DNA of 64,000 nucleotides from Candidatus Udaeobacter sp. (GCA_035473115.1 DATION010000005.1:86339-150338), one strand, 5' to 3'; numbered from the stretch's first letter, positions 17,126 through 30,607 are shown. Notes: a model not told the origin generated them from the sequence alone. Program-made: numbers and translations.

Positions 17126-17741
17126 AATTTTGTATATCTGTTAAGTTGGTAAAATACGGCACACCTATTTTTGCCGCTTCGACTTCAGAATCACGTTTAA
17201 TATTAAGCTTGGTGACTACCAGAGCCGCAGGAATTTCTGTTTTTACCGATTTATTTTCTTTAAGATTGTCGTTCACAAAAAATATTTTATTACCGACAAA
17301 ATTTCCCACTAAATATTTCGGTTTGCCGCCGCTAATTATAATAACATCATCAAAATTATTATAAATTTTACTGGCTTTTATTTTTCTCAACTGAAAATCA
17401 TAATCCCCGGCCGAAAGCAGCATTACTTTTTCGGAAACTTGTTTTAAAAATTGTAAAAATGATTGGGCTTCGGGAAAAATATAATCTTTAACAAACAAGG
17501 TATTTAGTTCTGCTTCTATACTCTCGGGCAGCTTGTAGCCCAGTTCCCGTAAAAAACTGATATGCTCCGGAAAACTGTAGTCGTATTGATCGGGACTGAT
17601 AGTGCATAGAGACTGACGGAAAGTTTTTTTAATATCCTCAACGGAGGCGCCATATTTGGAAAAAATATTCAAAATATCATTTTTAAACATCTCCGTATCA
17701 TAAACGGTATTATCCCAATCAACAAAGGCAAAATCAAACAT
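17103..17741 (-). CDS. HAD-like hydrolase
   Basis: FVDWDNT (DxDxT) motif at the N-terminus. Confidence 0.55.
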   Translation of the reverse strand: MFDFAFVDWDNTVYDTEMFKNDILNIFSKYGASVEDIKKTFRQSLCTISPDQYDYSFPEHISFLRELGYKLPESIEAELNTLFVKDYIFPEAQSFLQFLKQVSEKVMLLSAGDYDFQLRKIKASKIYNNFDDVIIISGGKPKYLVGNFVGNKIFFVNDNLKENKSVKTEIPAALVVTKLNIKRDSEVEAAKIGVPYFTNLTDIQNYVAQQIK

Positions 17742-17747
17742 AGTTTA

Positions 17748-18572
17748 TTAGCTATTTAAAACGATATCTGAAATTACTTGGAATCTCTGTTTAACTACTG
17801 CCAATAAAAAATTATTTTTTTCTGCTTCGTTTTTATAATCAGATATTTCTTGCCACAAAGCTCGACCGGCCAAAAATCCGACTGCTCCGGCGGCAACAGC
17901 ATCTGTTAACTGCTTTTCAAAAACAGAAAATTTTTCACCTCTGGTTAAAAGAATCCAAGGTGTCGGACCAACTAATTTTGATATTTTTTTACAAGAATCC
18001 AGATCTCCGGGATATTCCAGTTTCCAGACATCCGGAATAATATTATTTTCTAAAAGAATTTCTACTGATCGCAGAACCCATTCGGCTCGAGTCTTGCCTA
18101 ATTCTTCATTGCCATAAGTGACAATTTCCAAAAAAAACGGCAAACTATTCGCATGGCTATCTGCCAAAGCTATTTGAGCAGTTTTTATTTGCTGAGAAAC
18201 ACTGGCCGCTTCCGGATTAAAATATAATAATAATTTTGCTCCGCTTGCGCCCTGTTCTTTTAATTGTTTGGCAGGATATTCTAGCTCGGTAATTTTTTCA
18301 CCGGCATTATCCATGTAACCGCTTTTTTCTAGCGGCAAAAGATAAGGCTTGCTTTTAGATTTATAGCCAGGCAAACCCCAATCTAAATCAATAAGCAAAC
18401 CGCTAAACTGATCCTGAACTGATTCAATAATCATAGCTTTAGCTTGAACCAATTCTTGCTCAGAAGCAGCTTCCGGATTATTTGGGTTTATATATTTTTT
18501 AAAACTTTCCCGGTGATCTAAAGCTAACATTAAAAATTTTCCTTTGGTCTGAAATTTTGTTAAATCAAGCAT
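17748..18572 (-). CDS. Putative class I aldolase-like (LacD/DhnA-type TIM barrel) protein
   Basis: LMLALDHRESF resembles the ALAFDQRG block of tagatose/fructose-bisphosphate aldolases. This is a weak call. Confidence 0.35.
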   Translation of the reverse strand: MLDLTKFQTKGKFLMLALDHRESFKKYINPNNPEAASEQELVQAKAMIIESVQDQFSGLLIDLDWGLPGYKSKSKPYLLPLEKSGYMDNAGEKITELEYPAKQLKEQGASGAKLLLYFNPEAASVSQQIKTAQIALADSHANSLPFFLEIVTYGNEELGKTRAEWVLRSVEILLENNIIPDVWKLEYPGDLDSCKKISKLVGPTPWILLTRGEKFSVFEKQLTDAVAAGAVGFLAGRALWQEISDYKNEAEKNNFLLAVVKQRFQVISDIVLNS

Positions 18573-18619
18573 ATTTTAGCGCTAAAAAGCACCTTTAGAA
18601 TAACATAGAGAAAATCGAG

Positions 18620-18670
18620 CGTCAAACAAAAAAGGCCGCATCTCCCGCCACAGAGATTTGGCCCGACGAC
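18620..18670 (-). terminator. Rho-independent terminator of the GC-rich gene
   Basis: ggcc(aa)atctc...gagat(gc)ggcc hairpin followed by TTTTTTGTTT on the minus strand. A 20-bp perfect palindrome ggtcactcctaggagtgacc lies nearby at 18713-18732. Confidence 0.45.
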
Positions 18671-18747
18671 TACCCGTTCACGCTGTCTCGCGACAGTGCG
18701 AATATTGGGCTGGTCACTCCTAGGAGTGACCAAATGTACTACTTGGT

Positions 18748-20007
18748 TTACTTCTGACTTTCCTGCAGTTCCGCGGCGTTGGAATACCAGAGCGCGATCT
18801 GCAGATCTTCCTCGTTCCTCGCCAACTCCGTATTGTGCGCAGCTGCGAGACGGAATTTACCACCATGCTTCTTCAGAACAGTGGCGGCCAGCTTTTCAGC
18901 CGCCGCTTTACCCAAGTCAGGATTGCTCTTCGTCAGCAGATCAATCATCTGCTGCAGATTTGCGCTCCGAGCTTCGGCTTCAACCTGCTCAGACTGAACC
19001 TGATGATCACACACCTCCTGAGCAGCTTTGGTCTTGGCCACGGCCGCGATCCAGGTTTGCGAACTGGACAGAAGCACCATGTTGTGCTTGGTGGGAAGTT
19101 TGCGCATCTCGGTCTTGAGATCATCGAACTCCGCTGGCGTAGAACGATCGCTGATCTGCTTACCCCAGGCCTTGATGAGTTGGTTAACGAGCTCAATATG
19201 ATGTTGCAACGCAACCCCATACTCGCGCAGGCCATCAGATTCGTTCCTGCGCATCTCACCTTGAACCCACTTGATCCAACTGATAAGCAATCCGCGGAGA
19301 GCGAGCGCATAACCCACACGCCTGAACACAAGGATAGGGAGCTTCTCCCCAATCTGCTTTTCGAGCACCACGACCGCTTCTGGAATCGCAGGCAATGCTG
19401 GCTTCTGAGCGGGCTTGGACGTTGGAGCAGTCGCAACAGCAACCTTCGTCTTGACAGGTTTATCTTTCTTGGTTGGTTCGGGCTGGACGAGAGCATGGTC
19501 CTGCCCACCGACGCGAGAGTCAATCCATTCCTTCAGATCATCGGCCGTTACAGGTCGTGAAGCGGCAACAGCCTGGCGGAATGCTGCTAACTTATCCTGC
19601 CTCTCGCGATCGGCACGCGCTTGAGCAGCCCGTGCCTCACGATCAGCTTGCTCCTGTGCGGCCTTCCGCTCAACAGCTTCCTTGGCGAGCTTCGCCTGCC
19701 GCCGATCCTGCTACGTCTGTCGGATCTCCTTCATGGATCCTTCGTCACCGAGAACATCTTCCACGGTGAGCGCTCCCACCATTTCCAGTCGAACCAACTC
19801 CTCCTGCGCCAACGCACGGAGTTCATCGGACGACGGTTCATCGGAGTTGCTCGCGGTCGGCTCCGGAGGAACCGAAACGAGCTTGGAGATCTCCGTAGCA
19901 GCCTCGCCTTCAACAGGCAGGTTGCCGCGGTTCTCGGTGGAGGAGGTGCCAGTGGTAACAAGCGAGAGAATAGAAACAGTCGTCATGACGAGACCCTGCC
20001 TTTCCAA
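18748..20007 (-). pseudogene. GC-rich (about 62%) foreign-looking gene of 419 sense codons interrupted by one in-frame TAG (plus-strand cta at 19711-19713)
   Basis: The track ORFs 19711..20007 and 18748..19395 are in the same frame. The stretch 19396..19710 is open in that frame with no ATG. Third-position GC bias is consistent with coding. Confidence 0.5.
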
Positions 20008-20375
20008 TTAGCTGCTAAATAAGGCTCTTTTATCCCACTTCTGCAGAATGCAGACTAGGAGAACCTTCCGCCATTAAATATCAAATTAATGATATAAACT
20101 GGCTGAAAATCCTCTTAAAAATAACAGAATAATATATCATAAATTACACTCTATGTCAATGGTTATTTTTTTAACCAACCTCACAAAACTAAGTTGCCAC
20201 TAAAATCAAAGCTTCCGCCCCGCTGCGGCTAAGGGCGGATAGTAAACTGACACAAAAACAATCCGCTTGGGCGGGTTGTTTTTGGTCGTTAACTCGCCGC
20301 TTGAGCGGCATAATTAGCCAGACGGATTTCTCTGCTTGTGCAGATAAATCTCGTCGCTAATTAAAAAAAGACCAT

Positions 20376-20487
20376 TGTCCTGGCGACGGCCTACTTTTGC
20401 ATTTCTGCTATCATCGGCGCTGAGAGGCTTAACTTCTGTGTTCGGGATGGGAACAGGTGTGACCCTCTCGCTCATGTCACCAAGACA
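20376..20487 (-). rRNA. rrf: 5S ribosomal RNA
   Basis: CCTGTTCCCATCCCGAACACAGAAGTTAAGC core and terminal helix CTTGGTGAC/GTCGCCAGG, with an extended flanking processing stem gaccattgtc/gacaatggtc. Confidence 0.85.
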
Positions 20488-20604
20488 ATGGTCTTTTTCT
20501 TTTTTAAATTTATATTTTTAACAACAATTTATAAAACAATAATAAGGTTCTGCTTATAAATTAGACGATAATTTATAAGTTCAAAGCACGTCTTAGTGCT
20601 TCTT

Positions 20605-23637
<3,033 letters not shown>

Positions 23638-24080
23638 GCACGACTAAAGCACTAAAAAGTGCTTCTCCCATTTGCGGATTTCCTATTAAGAATCCGCGGG
23701 ATTAATCGCGTTTGTGTAGTATTACCTACATACCCTATTATTGTTTATAAATTGTCAACGTACACGCGTTGCAACCTTTACTTTCATTTCAATCAAAGTG
23801 AGTCCCGAAGGAGAATCCCATTGGGAAAATCTGCCTTACGGTTCTCGCTTCGCCTGAAATGATTTTTATTTTATCACTTTATAAAACACAACGACCGCCT
23901 GCAAGCGGTCTCTCAAAACTGAGGATTTAACCACTCGGACTAACTGAGTAAAAATTTAATCTGTTTTATCATTTTGATATTTTAGAATAAAATTTATTTA
24001 CCCAGAGGTCCAAGCGATACTTTTTTTGTATTCTACTTGTGGACTTGGTTCGTAATTAAATTACGATTTTGCGTAGGAGC

Positions 24081-24108
24081 ATTATATCACTACCAAAAAT
24101 TTTGTCAA
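24081..24108 (-). promoter_or_regulatory. rRNA operon promoter TTGACA-16-TGaTATAAT (extended -10)
   Basis: Minus strand -35 at 24103-24108 and -10 at 24081-24086, preceded by TGn. It lies about 440 nt upstream of the 23S 5' end. Confidence 0.6.
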
Positions 24109-24139
24109 GAGCCAAAGGCAGGGATAAAATGGGGATAAA

Positions 24140-24421
24140 TCAGTCCTTAAAAACTACTACACAATTACCCTCTTTTACATCAATATCAGCAATGATATCT
24201 TTGAGCTCTTTTGTCTCAAATAAAGCCAAAACTACTTCTCTCATTTTACCCGCTCCGCCGCCATAAATCACCCGTACCATCTCTTTATCCGAATGGTAAT
24301 TTTCTAAAATAAATAATCTGACTTCATCTTCAATTTCATGAGGAAATTTGCCATGCAGATCCAGCTCTGGCATTTTTACACCCAGCTCAGCTGCAAATAT
24401 TTGTGATTCGGATTTTTCCAT
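24140..24421 (-). CDS. Smr-domain protein
   Basis: ELDLHG ... VIYGGGAGKMREV matches the Smr LDLHG / HGKG pattern. Confidence 0.55.
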   Translation of the reverse strand: MEKSESQIFAAELGVKMPELDLHGKFPHEIEDEVRLFILENYHSDKEMVRVIYGGGAGKMREVVLALFETKELKDIIADIDVKEGNCVVVFKD

Positions 24422-24480
24422 ATTTACTCTAAAACTACTTTAGCTCTACAAGGATCATTAAGTTAGTTTTCTTAAGATAA

Positions 24481-25431
24481 TTATTTACCAAGCGCATGTT
24501 CAATTAATACTTTAGAAAACTTTTCCGGCTCATCATAATTAGGAAAATGAGCAGAATGTTCAAAAGTGATAAATTCTTTTTTCCTAGCTTGCAAATGATT
24601 ATAAAACTTAACTGCGATCTCATAAGGAGCGATAGCATCGTGCTTTCCATTGATAAAATGAACTGAAGCGTCAACTTTTTCTATAGTTTTAAATAAATTT
24701 AACATGTTAAATTCTGGCATTAAAGCATTCTGACAGAATTCCATCCCTCGGATTGTTTTTACAATATCTCCAATCTTATAAAATTTAGAGAAAAGCATAT
24801 TCTTGATTCCTGACAATAATAACTGAGCATAACTGAACCCAATTCTTATTCCTCCAAAATCGGTAAGAATTTTGGCTCGTTGTTGAAATCTCTTGCCGCC
24901 AATAATAGGGTTTTTCTTCAGATCTTCTATCTTTTTTATAATTTTCTTATTATTAACTTCTTTGGCTTTCTGCATAGCAAAGTCAAGAGCCAAAACATTG
25001 GCGGTCGGGATATCAATATCCAACCCTACAAGAAATAACTCGCTAAATAAACTACCTTGCTCAGCAGCCGCCATTAAGCTTACGGTAGCACCAACGGAAT
25101 ACCCAACAACAGTAGCGTCCTTTTTATTATATTTTTTTAAAAGATACTGCGTGCACGAAATAACATCTTTGGACAGCTGAGAAAAATTGATTGATTTGGG
25201 ATCAATCTGCTCGTTAAAAGACTTACCGCAACCGCGCTGATCCCAATAGGCTACTAAAAAATTGTTCTCTAGATGAAGCAATTTCTCCATTGTGTCAGCT
25301 TCTGGAATAATCGGTAACCCAGGGCCGGCTTGCACATGAATAAGCAAAGGAGCATCTGTACTTTTTCCACGAATAAGAACCCATTGCTCGCTACCGTTTA
25401 TATTTATTTTTTCTAAACTATTTATTTTCAT
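24481..25431 (-). CDS. Alpha/beta-fold hydrolase
   Basis: GYSVGA nucleophile elbow (GxSxG) and an HGxP-like start. Confidence 0.7.
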   Translation of the reverse strand: MKINSLEKININGSEQWVLIRGKSTDAPLLIHVQAGPGLPIIPEADTMEKLLHLENNFLVAYWDQRGCGKSFNEQIDPKSINFSQLSKDVISCTQYLLKKYNKKDATVVGYSVGATVSLMAAAEQGSLFSELFLVGLDIDIPTANVLALDFAMQKAKEVNNKKIIKKIEDLKKNPIIGGKRFQQRAKILTDFGGIRIGFSYAQLLLSGIKNMLFSKFYKIGDIVKTIRGMEFCQNALMPEFNMLNLFKTIEKVDASVHFINGKHDAIAPYEIAVKFYNHLQARKKEFITFEHSAHFPNYDEPEKFSKVLIEHALGK

Positions 25432-25438
25432 ATGTTTG

Positions 25439-25522
25439 TGCCGCGGGAGAGACTCGAACTCTCATTCTCTTGCGAGAACCAGCTCCTAAGGCTGGCGTGT
25501 CTACCAATTTCACCACCGCGGC
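25439..25522 (-). tRNA. tRNA-Leu (anticodon TAG), class II long variable arm
   Basis: Anticodon arm CCAGC-CTTAGGA-GCTGG, 15-nt variable arm, acceptor GCCGCGG/CCGCGGC. Confidence 0.85.
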
Positions 25523-25692
25523 AACTTGTCCGTCATAGTTCGCTCAAACGAACGGAGACAGGATGCGCATATTTAAACATAAACTAAACAAAAAATCAAC
25601 CCTGTACTAGATCCGCACGGCGGCTCAGCACAGGGCAAGCCCCGAAACAAATAAAGACTCCTGTATTAGGAGTCTTTATTCTAAAATATATT

Positions 25693-27903
25693 TTATCTAT
25701 CTCTTCCACCATGTCCGCGATGAGGCGGGCGTGATCCGCGTTCAAAAGCCGGTTGATCGACAAAGCCTTCTGGTTTTGGCAATAACTGTTTCATGCTCAA
25801 ACTAATTCGGTTCATGCTATCAATTTCTTTCACAATTACTTTTACTTTATCACCCAGACGCATGACATCACTTGGTTTGTTGGTTCTGCTCCAAGCGATT
25901 TCACTCACATGCACCAAGCCGTCTTGGCCAGGAAGCACATTTACAAAAGCGCCAAAGTCTTCTAAACGAACAACTGTGCCATCAAAAACTTCTCCCGCTT
26001 TAACTTCGCGAGTTAAATCCTTTACCCACTGTACAGCTTTTTCCATGCCAGCAGCGTCGGTGGAAGTAACAAATACTCGGCCATCATCTTCAATATCAAT
26101 TGAAACTCCGGTTTCGGCAATAATTTTGTTGATCATCTTGCCTCCCGGACCAATAACATCACGGATCTTTTCCGGATTAATATTGATAGTAATAATGCGA
26201 GGAGCATACTGGGAAAGATCAGCGCGAGGAGCAGCAATTATCTGGCTCATAAAATCCAAAATTTTATGACGCGCTTCTTTGGATTGAGCAAAAGTTTGTT
26301 TAACTATTTCCCAGCTCAAGCCGTGAGTTTTGGTATCCATCTGAATTGCGGTAACACCGTCGCGAGTACCGGCAATCTTGAAATCCATTCCGCCCGGGCC
26401 ATCTTCGACATCTTGCAAGTCAGTAATAACTTTCCAATTGCCTTTATTATCACTGGCCAAACCCATCGCAATTCCAGCGACCGGTTTTTTAATTGGCACA
26501 CCAGCATCCATTAAAGAAAGGGTTGAGCCGCAAACTGAAGCCATAGAACTTGAACCATTGGAACCCAAAACTTCGGAAACTACGCGCATTGCATAAGGGA
26601 ATTCAGTTTCAGCTGGTAGCATTGGTTCTAAAGCGCGTTCAGCCAAAGCGCCGTGGCCAATAGCTCGATTGCCTGGTCCGCGCAGCGGGCCAGTTTCGCC
26701 ATAAGTAGCTGGGGTATCGCTATAATGATGCATGTAGCGTTTAGTACCTTCTTCTTCCATGGTGTCTAAGGTCTGCACATCACCCGGAGCTCCTAAAGTA
26801 ACAACTGATAACACTTGGGTATCACCGCGCATAAACATAGCTGTCCCATGAGTGCGAGGCAGTAAGCCAACTTCACCGCTGAGCGGACGAATGTCAGTAA
26901 TAGCGCGACCATCTAAACGTTGATTATGTTTAATAATCCGTTCGGTAATATATTTTTCTACATAAATTTTAACTCGGCCCAAAACAATCTTGGCAATTTT
27001 TTCATCAACTTCTTTAGCTTTTAGCATTTCAGCAATGGCTTCGCTAAACTTATCTACTAAAGCCACACGTTCACGGCGATCAATTTTTGGAGAATTAAAA
27101 ATCCAATCTTCCACATGGCTGGCAACCAGTTCAACGGCTTCTTGCTCAACTTTCTGCAATTCCATTTCTTTTTCATCTTCGGTTGCAGATAAATTTGATT
27201 TTGTTTGACCAACTTCTTTTTGAATTTTATTTATAAAATCCAAAACCGGAGCCATTGCTTTAGCGCCAAACTGCATAGCTTCGATAACCTTGTCTTCCGG
27301 AGTTTCTTTACAGCCAGCTTCCACCATAATTACTTTTTCCGGAGTGCCGGCCACGACAATATCTACATTGCTAGTTAATCTTTCGGCAATAGTGGTGTTT
27401 ATTTTCCACTGGCCGTTTACCTCGCCAACCCGCACGCCAGCAATCGGCCCTTCCCAAGGAATAGAAGAAATTGTTAGGGCAATCGAAGCGGCGATCATGG
27501 CTGGAATTTGCGAATCAACTTCACCGTCAAAAGAAAGCGCAGTTAAAATAACCTGCACATCATTACGCAGACTTTCAGCAAACAACGGACGAATAGCGCG
27601 ATCTACCAAACGACCAGACAAAATTGCTTCATCGCTCGGACGGCCTTCACGCTTAATAAAGCGACTGCCTTTTATTTTTCCGGCGGCGTAAAGTTTTTCT
27701 TCAAAATTTACCATTAACGGCAAAAAATCTATGCCGTCGCGAGTATTCTTGCTAATGGTGGCTGTAGCCAACAACACAGTGTCGCCATAACGCACTGTAC
27801 AAGAAGAATTAGCTTGCAAAGCAAGCTTGCCGACTTCCACAGACAAGGTTCTTCCTCCCCATTCCATGGACCAATTTTTTACTGCCATATATTTTTTCCC
27901 CAA
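25693..27903 (-). CDS. pnp: Polyribonucleotide nucleotidyltransferase (PNPase)
   Basis: Two RNase PH domains plus KH and S1 domains. 736 aa. Confidence 0.95.
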   Translation of the reverse strand: MGKKYMAVKNWSMEWGGRTLSVEVGKLALQANSSCTVRYGDTVLLATATISKNTRDGIDFLPLMVNFEEKLYAAGKIKGSRFIKREGRPSDEAILSGRLVDRAIRPLFAESLRNDVQVILTALSFDGEVDSQIPAMIAASIALTISSIPWEGPIAGVRVGEVNGQWKINTTIAERLTSNVDIVVAGTPEKVIMVEAGCKETPEDKVIEAMQFGAKAMAPVLDFINKIQKEVGQTKSNLSATEDEKEMELQKVEQEAVELVASHVEDWIFNSPKIDRRERVALVDKFSEAIAEMLKAKEVDEKIAKIVLGRVKIYVEKYITERIIKHNQRLDGRAITDIRPLSGEVGLLPRTHGTAMFMRGDTQVLSVVTLGAPGDVQTLDTMEEEGTKRYMHHYSDTPATYGETGPLRGPGNRAIGHGALAERALEPMLPAETEFPYAMRVVSEVLGSNGSSSMASVCGSTLSLMDAGVPIKKPVAGIAMGLASDNKGNWKVITDLQDVEDGPGGMDFKIAGTRDGVTAIQMDTKTHGLSWEIVKQTFAQSKEARHKILDFMSQIIAAPRADLSQYAPRIITININPEKIRDVIGPGGKMINKIIAETGVSIDIEDDGRVFVTSTDAAGMEKAVQWVKDLTREVKAGEVFDGTVVRLEDFGAFVNVLPGQDGLVHVSEIAWSRTNKPSDVMRLGDKVKVIVKEIDSMNRISLSMKQLLPKPEGFVDQPAFERGSRPPHRGHGGRDR

Positions 27904-28000
27904 AGGGGGGTCCCTTGGGACTTTCTGAAGATGATTTGAGAGCTACAGACCAATATGGTCTATGTGTCCTCAAACCAACTTCTTTAAATAATTAATTTTA

Positions 28001-28624
28001 TTATACTATTTTCTTTGGCAACGGATTCTGTTTTGCCGGTAAATTTGGTTTAGGTGGATAAACTTTTTTATTCGCCACATAACGCTTATCGGCAATCAAA
28101 AACTTTCCTTTTTCTTGACCTAGATCGATAAAATCATCAGCTGCATCTATTAATTTCCCCGAAGTTGTACCGCCAAAAGCAGCCACTTCCACTTGTTTGC
28201 CTTGCGCTCTTAGATACTCAACTAATGGCACATAGTCGCCATCACCGCTAACTAAAACTATGGCATCCAAACTTGGAGAAAAACGAATCGCATCTACTGC
28301 CAAACCAACATCCCAATCGGCCTTTTTTTCACCGCCCAAAAATATCTGCAGCGGCTTATCTTTTGTCTCAATACCTACATTATATAAGGCATCAAAAAAA
28401 GGTTGCTCTTCTTTGCTTTCAGTGCTGACAACATAGGCAATAGCTCGGATAAGCTTTCTGCCTGCGATTGCTTCTTTTACGATGTTACCGAAGTTTACTT
28501 TAGCGCCAAACAAATTTTTGGCGCTATAATACATGTTCTGAACGTCAATAAATACTCCGACCCTTTGGTCAGGATGTTTGAGAGAGTTTCTTTTTTTATT
28601 AAGCTGATTCATGTTTATTGCCAA
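28001..28624 (-). CDS. NYN/LabA-like (DUF88) predicted ribonuclease domain protein
   Basis: VFIDVQN and LVSGDGDY motifs. Confidence 0.65.
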   Translation of the reverse strand: MAINMNQLNKKRNSLKHPDQRVGVFIDVQNMYYSAKNLFGAKVNFGNIVKEAIAGRKLIRAIAYVVSTESKEEQPFFDALYNVGIETKDKPLQIFLGGEKKADWDVGLAVDAIRFSPSLDAIVLVSGDGDYVPLVEYLRAQGKQVEVAAFGGTTSGKLIDAADDFIDLGQEKGKFLIADKRYVANKKVYPPKPNLPAKQNPLPKKIV

Positions 28625-28961
28625 TTAAGTCTATCTCATCTACCAGTTCTTCTTCCAAATCAACATGTGAGCCATCTGGTTTAGTAATAACCTTAGCTGG
28701 TTTAATCTTAAGTTTTTTTACCAAATCTTCATAGCTTTCTGGATTTTCTTTCTTCAAATAACGCATTAAGTTGCGGCGGCTGCTTACCTTGTGCAATAAA
28801 CCACGGCGAGAAGAATGGTCTTTAGGATGAATTTTTAAATGACCGGCCAGTTCTTCGATTTCGGCTACCAAAATAGCGATCTGGACTTCGTTTGAACCGG
28901 TGTCGCCTTCATGAGTCTGAAACTTCTTAATTATCTGCTGCTTCTTTTTTTTGTCTAACAT
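28599..28961 (-). CDS. rpsO: 30S ribosomal protein S15 with about 35-aa C-terminal extension
   Basis: [18 protein letters not shown]...[10 protein letters not shown] core. The start is moved to the ATG at 28961 (MLDKKKKQ), which aligns with S15 N-termini; the track start is a TTG at 28988. The 3' end overlaps the NYN gene by 26 nt. Confidence 0.8.
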   Translation of the reverse strand: MLDKKKKQQIIKKFQTHEGDTGSNEVQIAILVAEIEELAGHLKIHPKDHSSRRGLLHKVSSRRNLMRYLKKENPESYEDLVKKLKIKPAKVITKPDGSHVDLEEELVDEIDLIGNKHESA

Positions 28962-29120
28962 ACAAATTTTGTTTAACGAGCTGGCCAAGAGTATGCTTTT
29001 GGCAGTCCGCCCCCGCTTAGCGGGGTTGATGAATAATATTAAGAACTATAATGGAAAACAGTAAAAATGTCAACCCCTTATCTGCCTTTTGTAAGCTAAC
29101 CAATCGTTAGTTATCGCAAT

Positions 29121-29474
29121 TTATTTTACTAATCTGCCAAAAATAAAAGCCGTCAAACCATAAGAAACCGAGACTAAAATAAACCCGATAATAGCGGCGT
29201 ACATAGCTTCTTTGGCTTTGGAAACAAATTCTTCATTGCCTCGGGCAGTCATCCAACGTAATCCGGCATAAAGAATAATAACCAAAAAAACTAAACCAGC
29301 AATAGACAAGACTATGCTGATGATAGAGCCAATAACTGAATAAATATTGGTATTACTACTATACTGAGCCTTACGAGCAGTATCTTCCAAACCAAAAGTT
29401 TGCGCCCTCACCGGACTTACTGCCATTAATAAAATGGCGAACATTATGGCTGATAAAGCAAACTTTTTAAGCAT
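29121..29474 (-). CDS. VirB2/TrbC-like pilin family protein (signal peptide + 2 TM), paralog 1
   Basis: Signal peptide ...VRAQT, then a conserved ILYAGLRWMTARGNEE...KAK...IIGFIL core. Confidence 0.5.
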   Translation of the reverse strand: MLKKFALSAIMFAILLMAVSPVRAQTFGLEDTARKAQYSSNTNIYSVIGSIISIVLSIAGLVFLVIILYAGLRWMTARGNEEFVSKAKEAMYAAIIGFILVSVSYGLTAFIFGRLVK

Positions 29475-29582
29475 AATCTTATGAATAATATGTTAAATAT
29501 CATAGCACACCTTGATTAATCTGTAAAAATAATGTATGCTATTTGTGCTATACTAAAGTTTCTATAACTAATACTAATTGAA

Positions 29583-29654
29583 GACTCCATCGTTTAATGG
29601 ATAGGACACTAGCCTTCTAAGCTGGATGTGTAGGTTCGATTCCTACTGGGGTCA
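29583..29654 (+). tRNA. tRNA-Arg (anticodon TCT)
   Basis: Anticodon arm CTAGC-CTTCTAA-GCTGG, T-arm GTAGG-TTCGATT-CCTAC. Confidence 0.8.
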
Positions 29655-29694
29655 CAGAGCTTCGCTAAGGCTACGCCCTGCAAGCTAAATACAT

Positions 29695-29767
29695 GGTGGC
29701 CATGGTATAACGGTTATTACGTGAGATTGTGGATCTCGCAACATGGGTTCAACTCCCATTGGCCACC
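29695..29767 (+). tRNA. tRNA-His (anticodon GTG) with G-1
   Basis: Extra 5' G pairing with discriminator C73, anticodon loop TTGTGGA, T-arm ATGGG-TTCAACT-CCCAT. Confidence 0.8.
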
Positions 29768-29811
29768 CAAAAGTTGTTTTTTATAAACAACAAACACTCA
29801 TCTTATCAGGT

Positions 29812-30555
29812 ATGAAACTATCCTTTGCTATACCCGCATATAATGAAGCAGGAACTATTGGCAAATGTCTAGACTCAATACTTAACGAAGTAAAAAAAAA
29901 TTCATACATGGATAATGTTGAAATTATTGTAGTTGATAACGCTTCAACGGATAATACGGCAGAAATTGCAAAAAAATACCCGGGTGTAAAAGTTGTGCCT
30001 GAGCCGCGCAAAGGACTATGTTTTGCCAGACAACAAGGTTACCAGTCATCTACCGGAGATATGATTGCTAACGTAGATGCCGACTCAGTTCTTTCACCAG
30101 GTTGGATCAATAAAGTTTTTGCAGAATTTTCTAAAGATGAAAAACTGGTGGCTTTAAGTGGTCCGGTAATTTATTATGACCTTGGCACGTTTGACAACTT
30201 ACTTACTTCTATTTTTTTACACTTAGGATTTGTTTTACACCTTATCAACCATCACATTCTTCGCAGAGGCTCTATGCTGCAAGGAGGAAATTTTATCTTG
30301 CGTAAAAGCGCTTTGGAAAAAGCCGGCGGCTTTGATCTATCGGTTGATTTTTATGGAGAAGATACAAATATCGCGCGCCGAATCTCTCCTCTGGGCAAAG
30401 TAAAATTTACTTTTCAACTGCCAATTTATACTTCCGGAAGACGATTGCGAGCCGAGGGAGTAATTATGACTGGCGCGCGCTACGCCATCAATCATATTTG
30501 GATACTTATTTTTAATAAACCGTTTACAAAAAAATACCAAGACATTAGGTACTAG
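29812..30555 (+). CDS. Family 2 glycosyltransferase
   Basis: SFAIPAYNEAG ... VVDNASTDNT ... DAD motifs. The start is moved to the ATG at 29812 because the track start overlaps tRNA-His. Confidence 0.8.
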   Translation: MKLSFAIPAYNEAGTIGKCLDSILNEVKKNSYMDNVEIIVVDNASTDNTAEIAKKYPGVKVVPEPRKGLCFARQQGYQSSTGDMIANVDADSVLSPGWINKVFAEFSKDEKLVALSGPVIYYDLGTFDNLLTSIFLHLGFVLHLINHHILRRGSMLQGGNFILRKSALEKAGGFDLSVDFYGEDTNIARRISPLGKVKFTFQLPIYTSGRRLRAEGVIMTGARYAINHIWILIFNKPFTKKYQDIRY

Positions 30556-30607
30556 ATTATAAAAACTTTTTCTAAATTATCTGGTCACGTTTGCAGAAGC
30601 GCTAGAA

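Noticed and set aside
18696-20022. Multiple long plus- and minus-strand ORFs overlapping the GC-rich segment (18835..19560 +, 18945..19523 -, 19621..20022 + and others)
   Set aside because: High-GC DNA gives long open frames in several phases. Only the 18748..20007 minus frame runs the full length with coding-like third-position bias. The others are treated as shadow ORFs.
23650-24060. Spacer tRNAs or a boxA antiterminator in the 23S leader
   Set aside because: No cloverleaf could be folded from the leader. Only a loose TGTTTTATAAAGT resemblance to boxA was seen, which is too weak to call.
29743-29811. Track start of the glycosyltransferase at 29743
   Set aside because: It overlaps tRNA-His (29695..29767). 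The internal ATG at 29812 (MKLSFAIPAYNEAG) matches GT2 N-termini.
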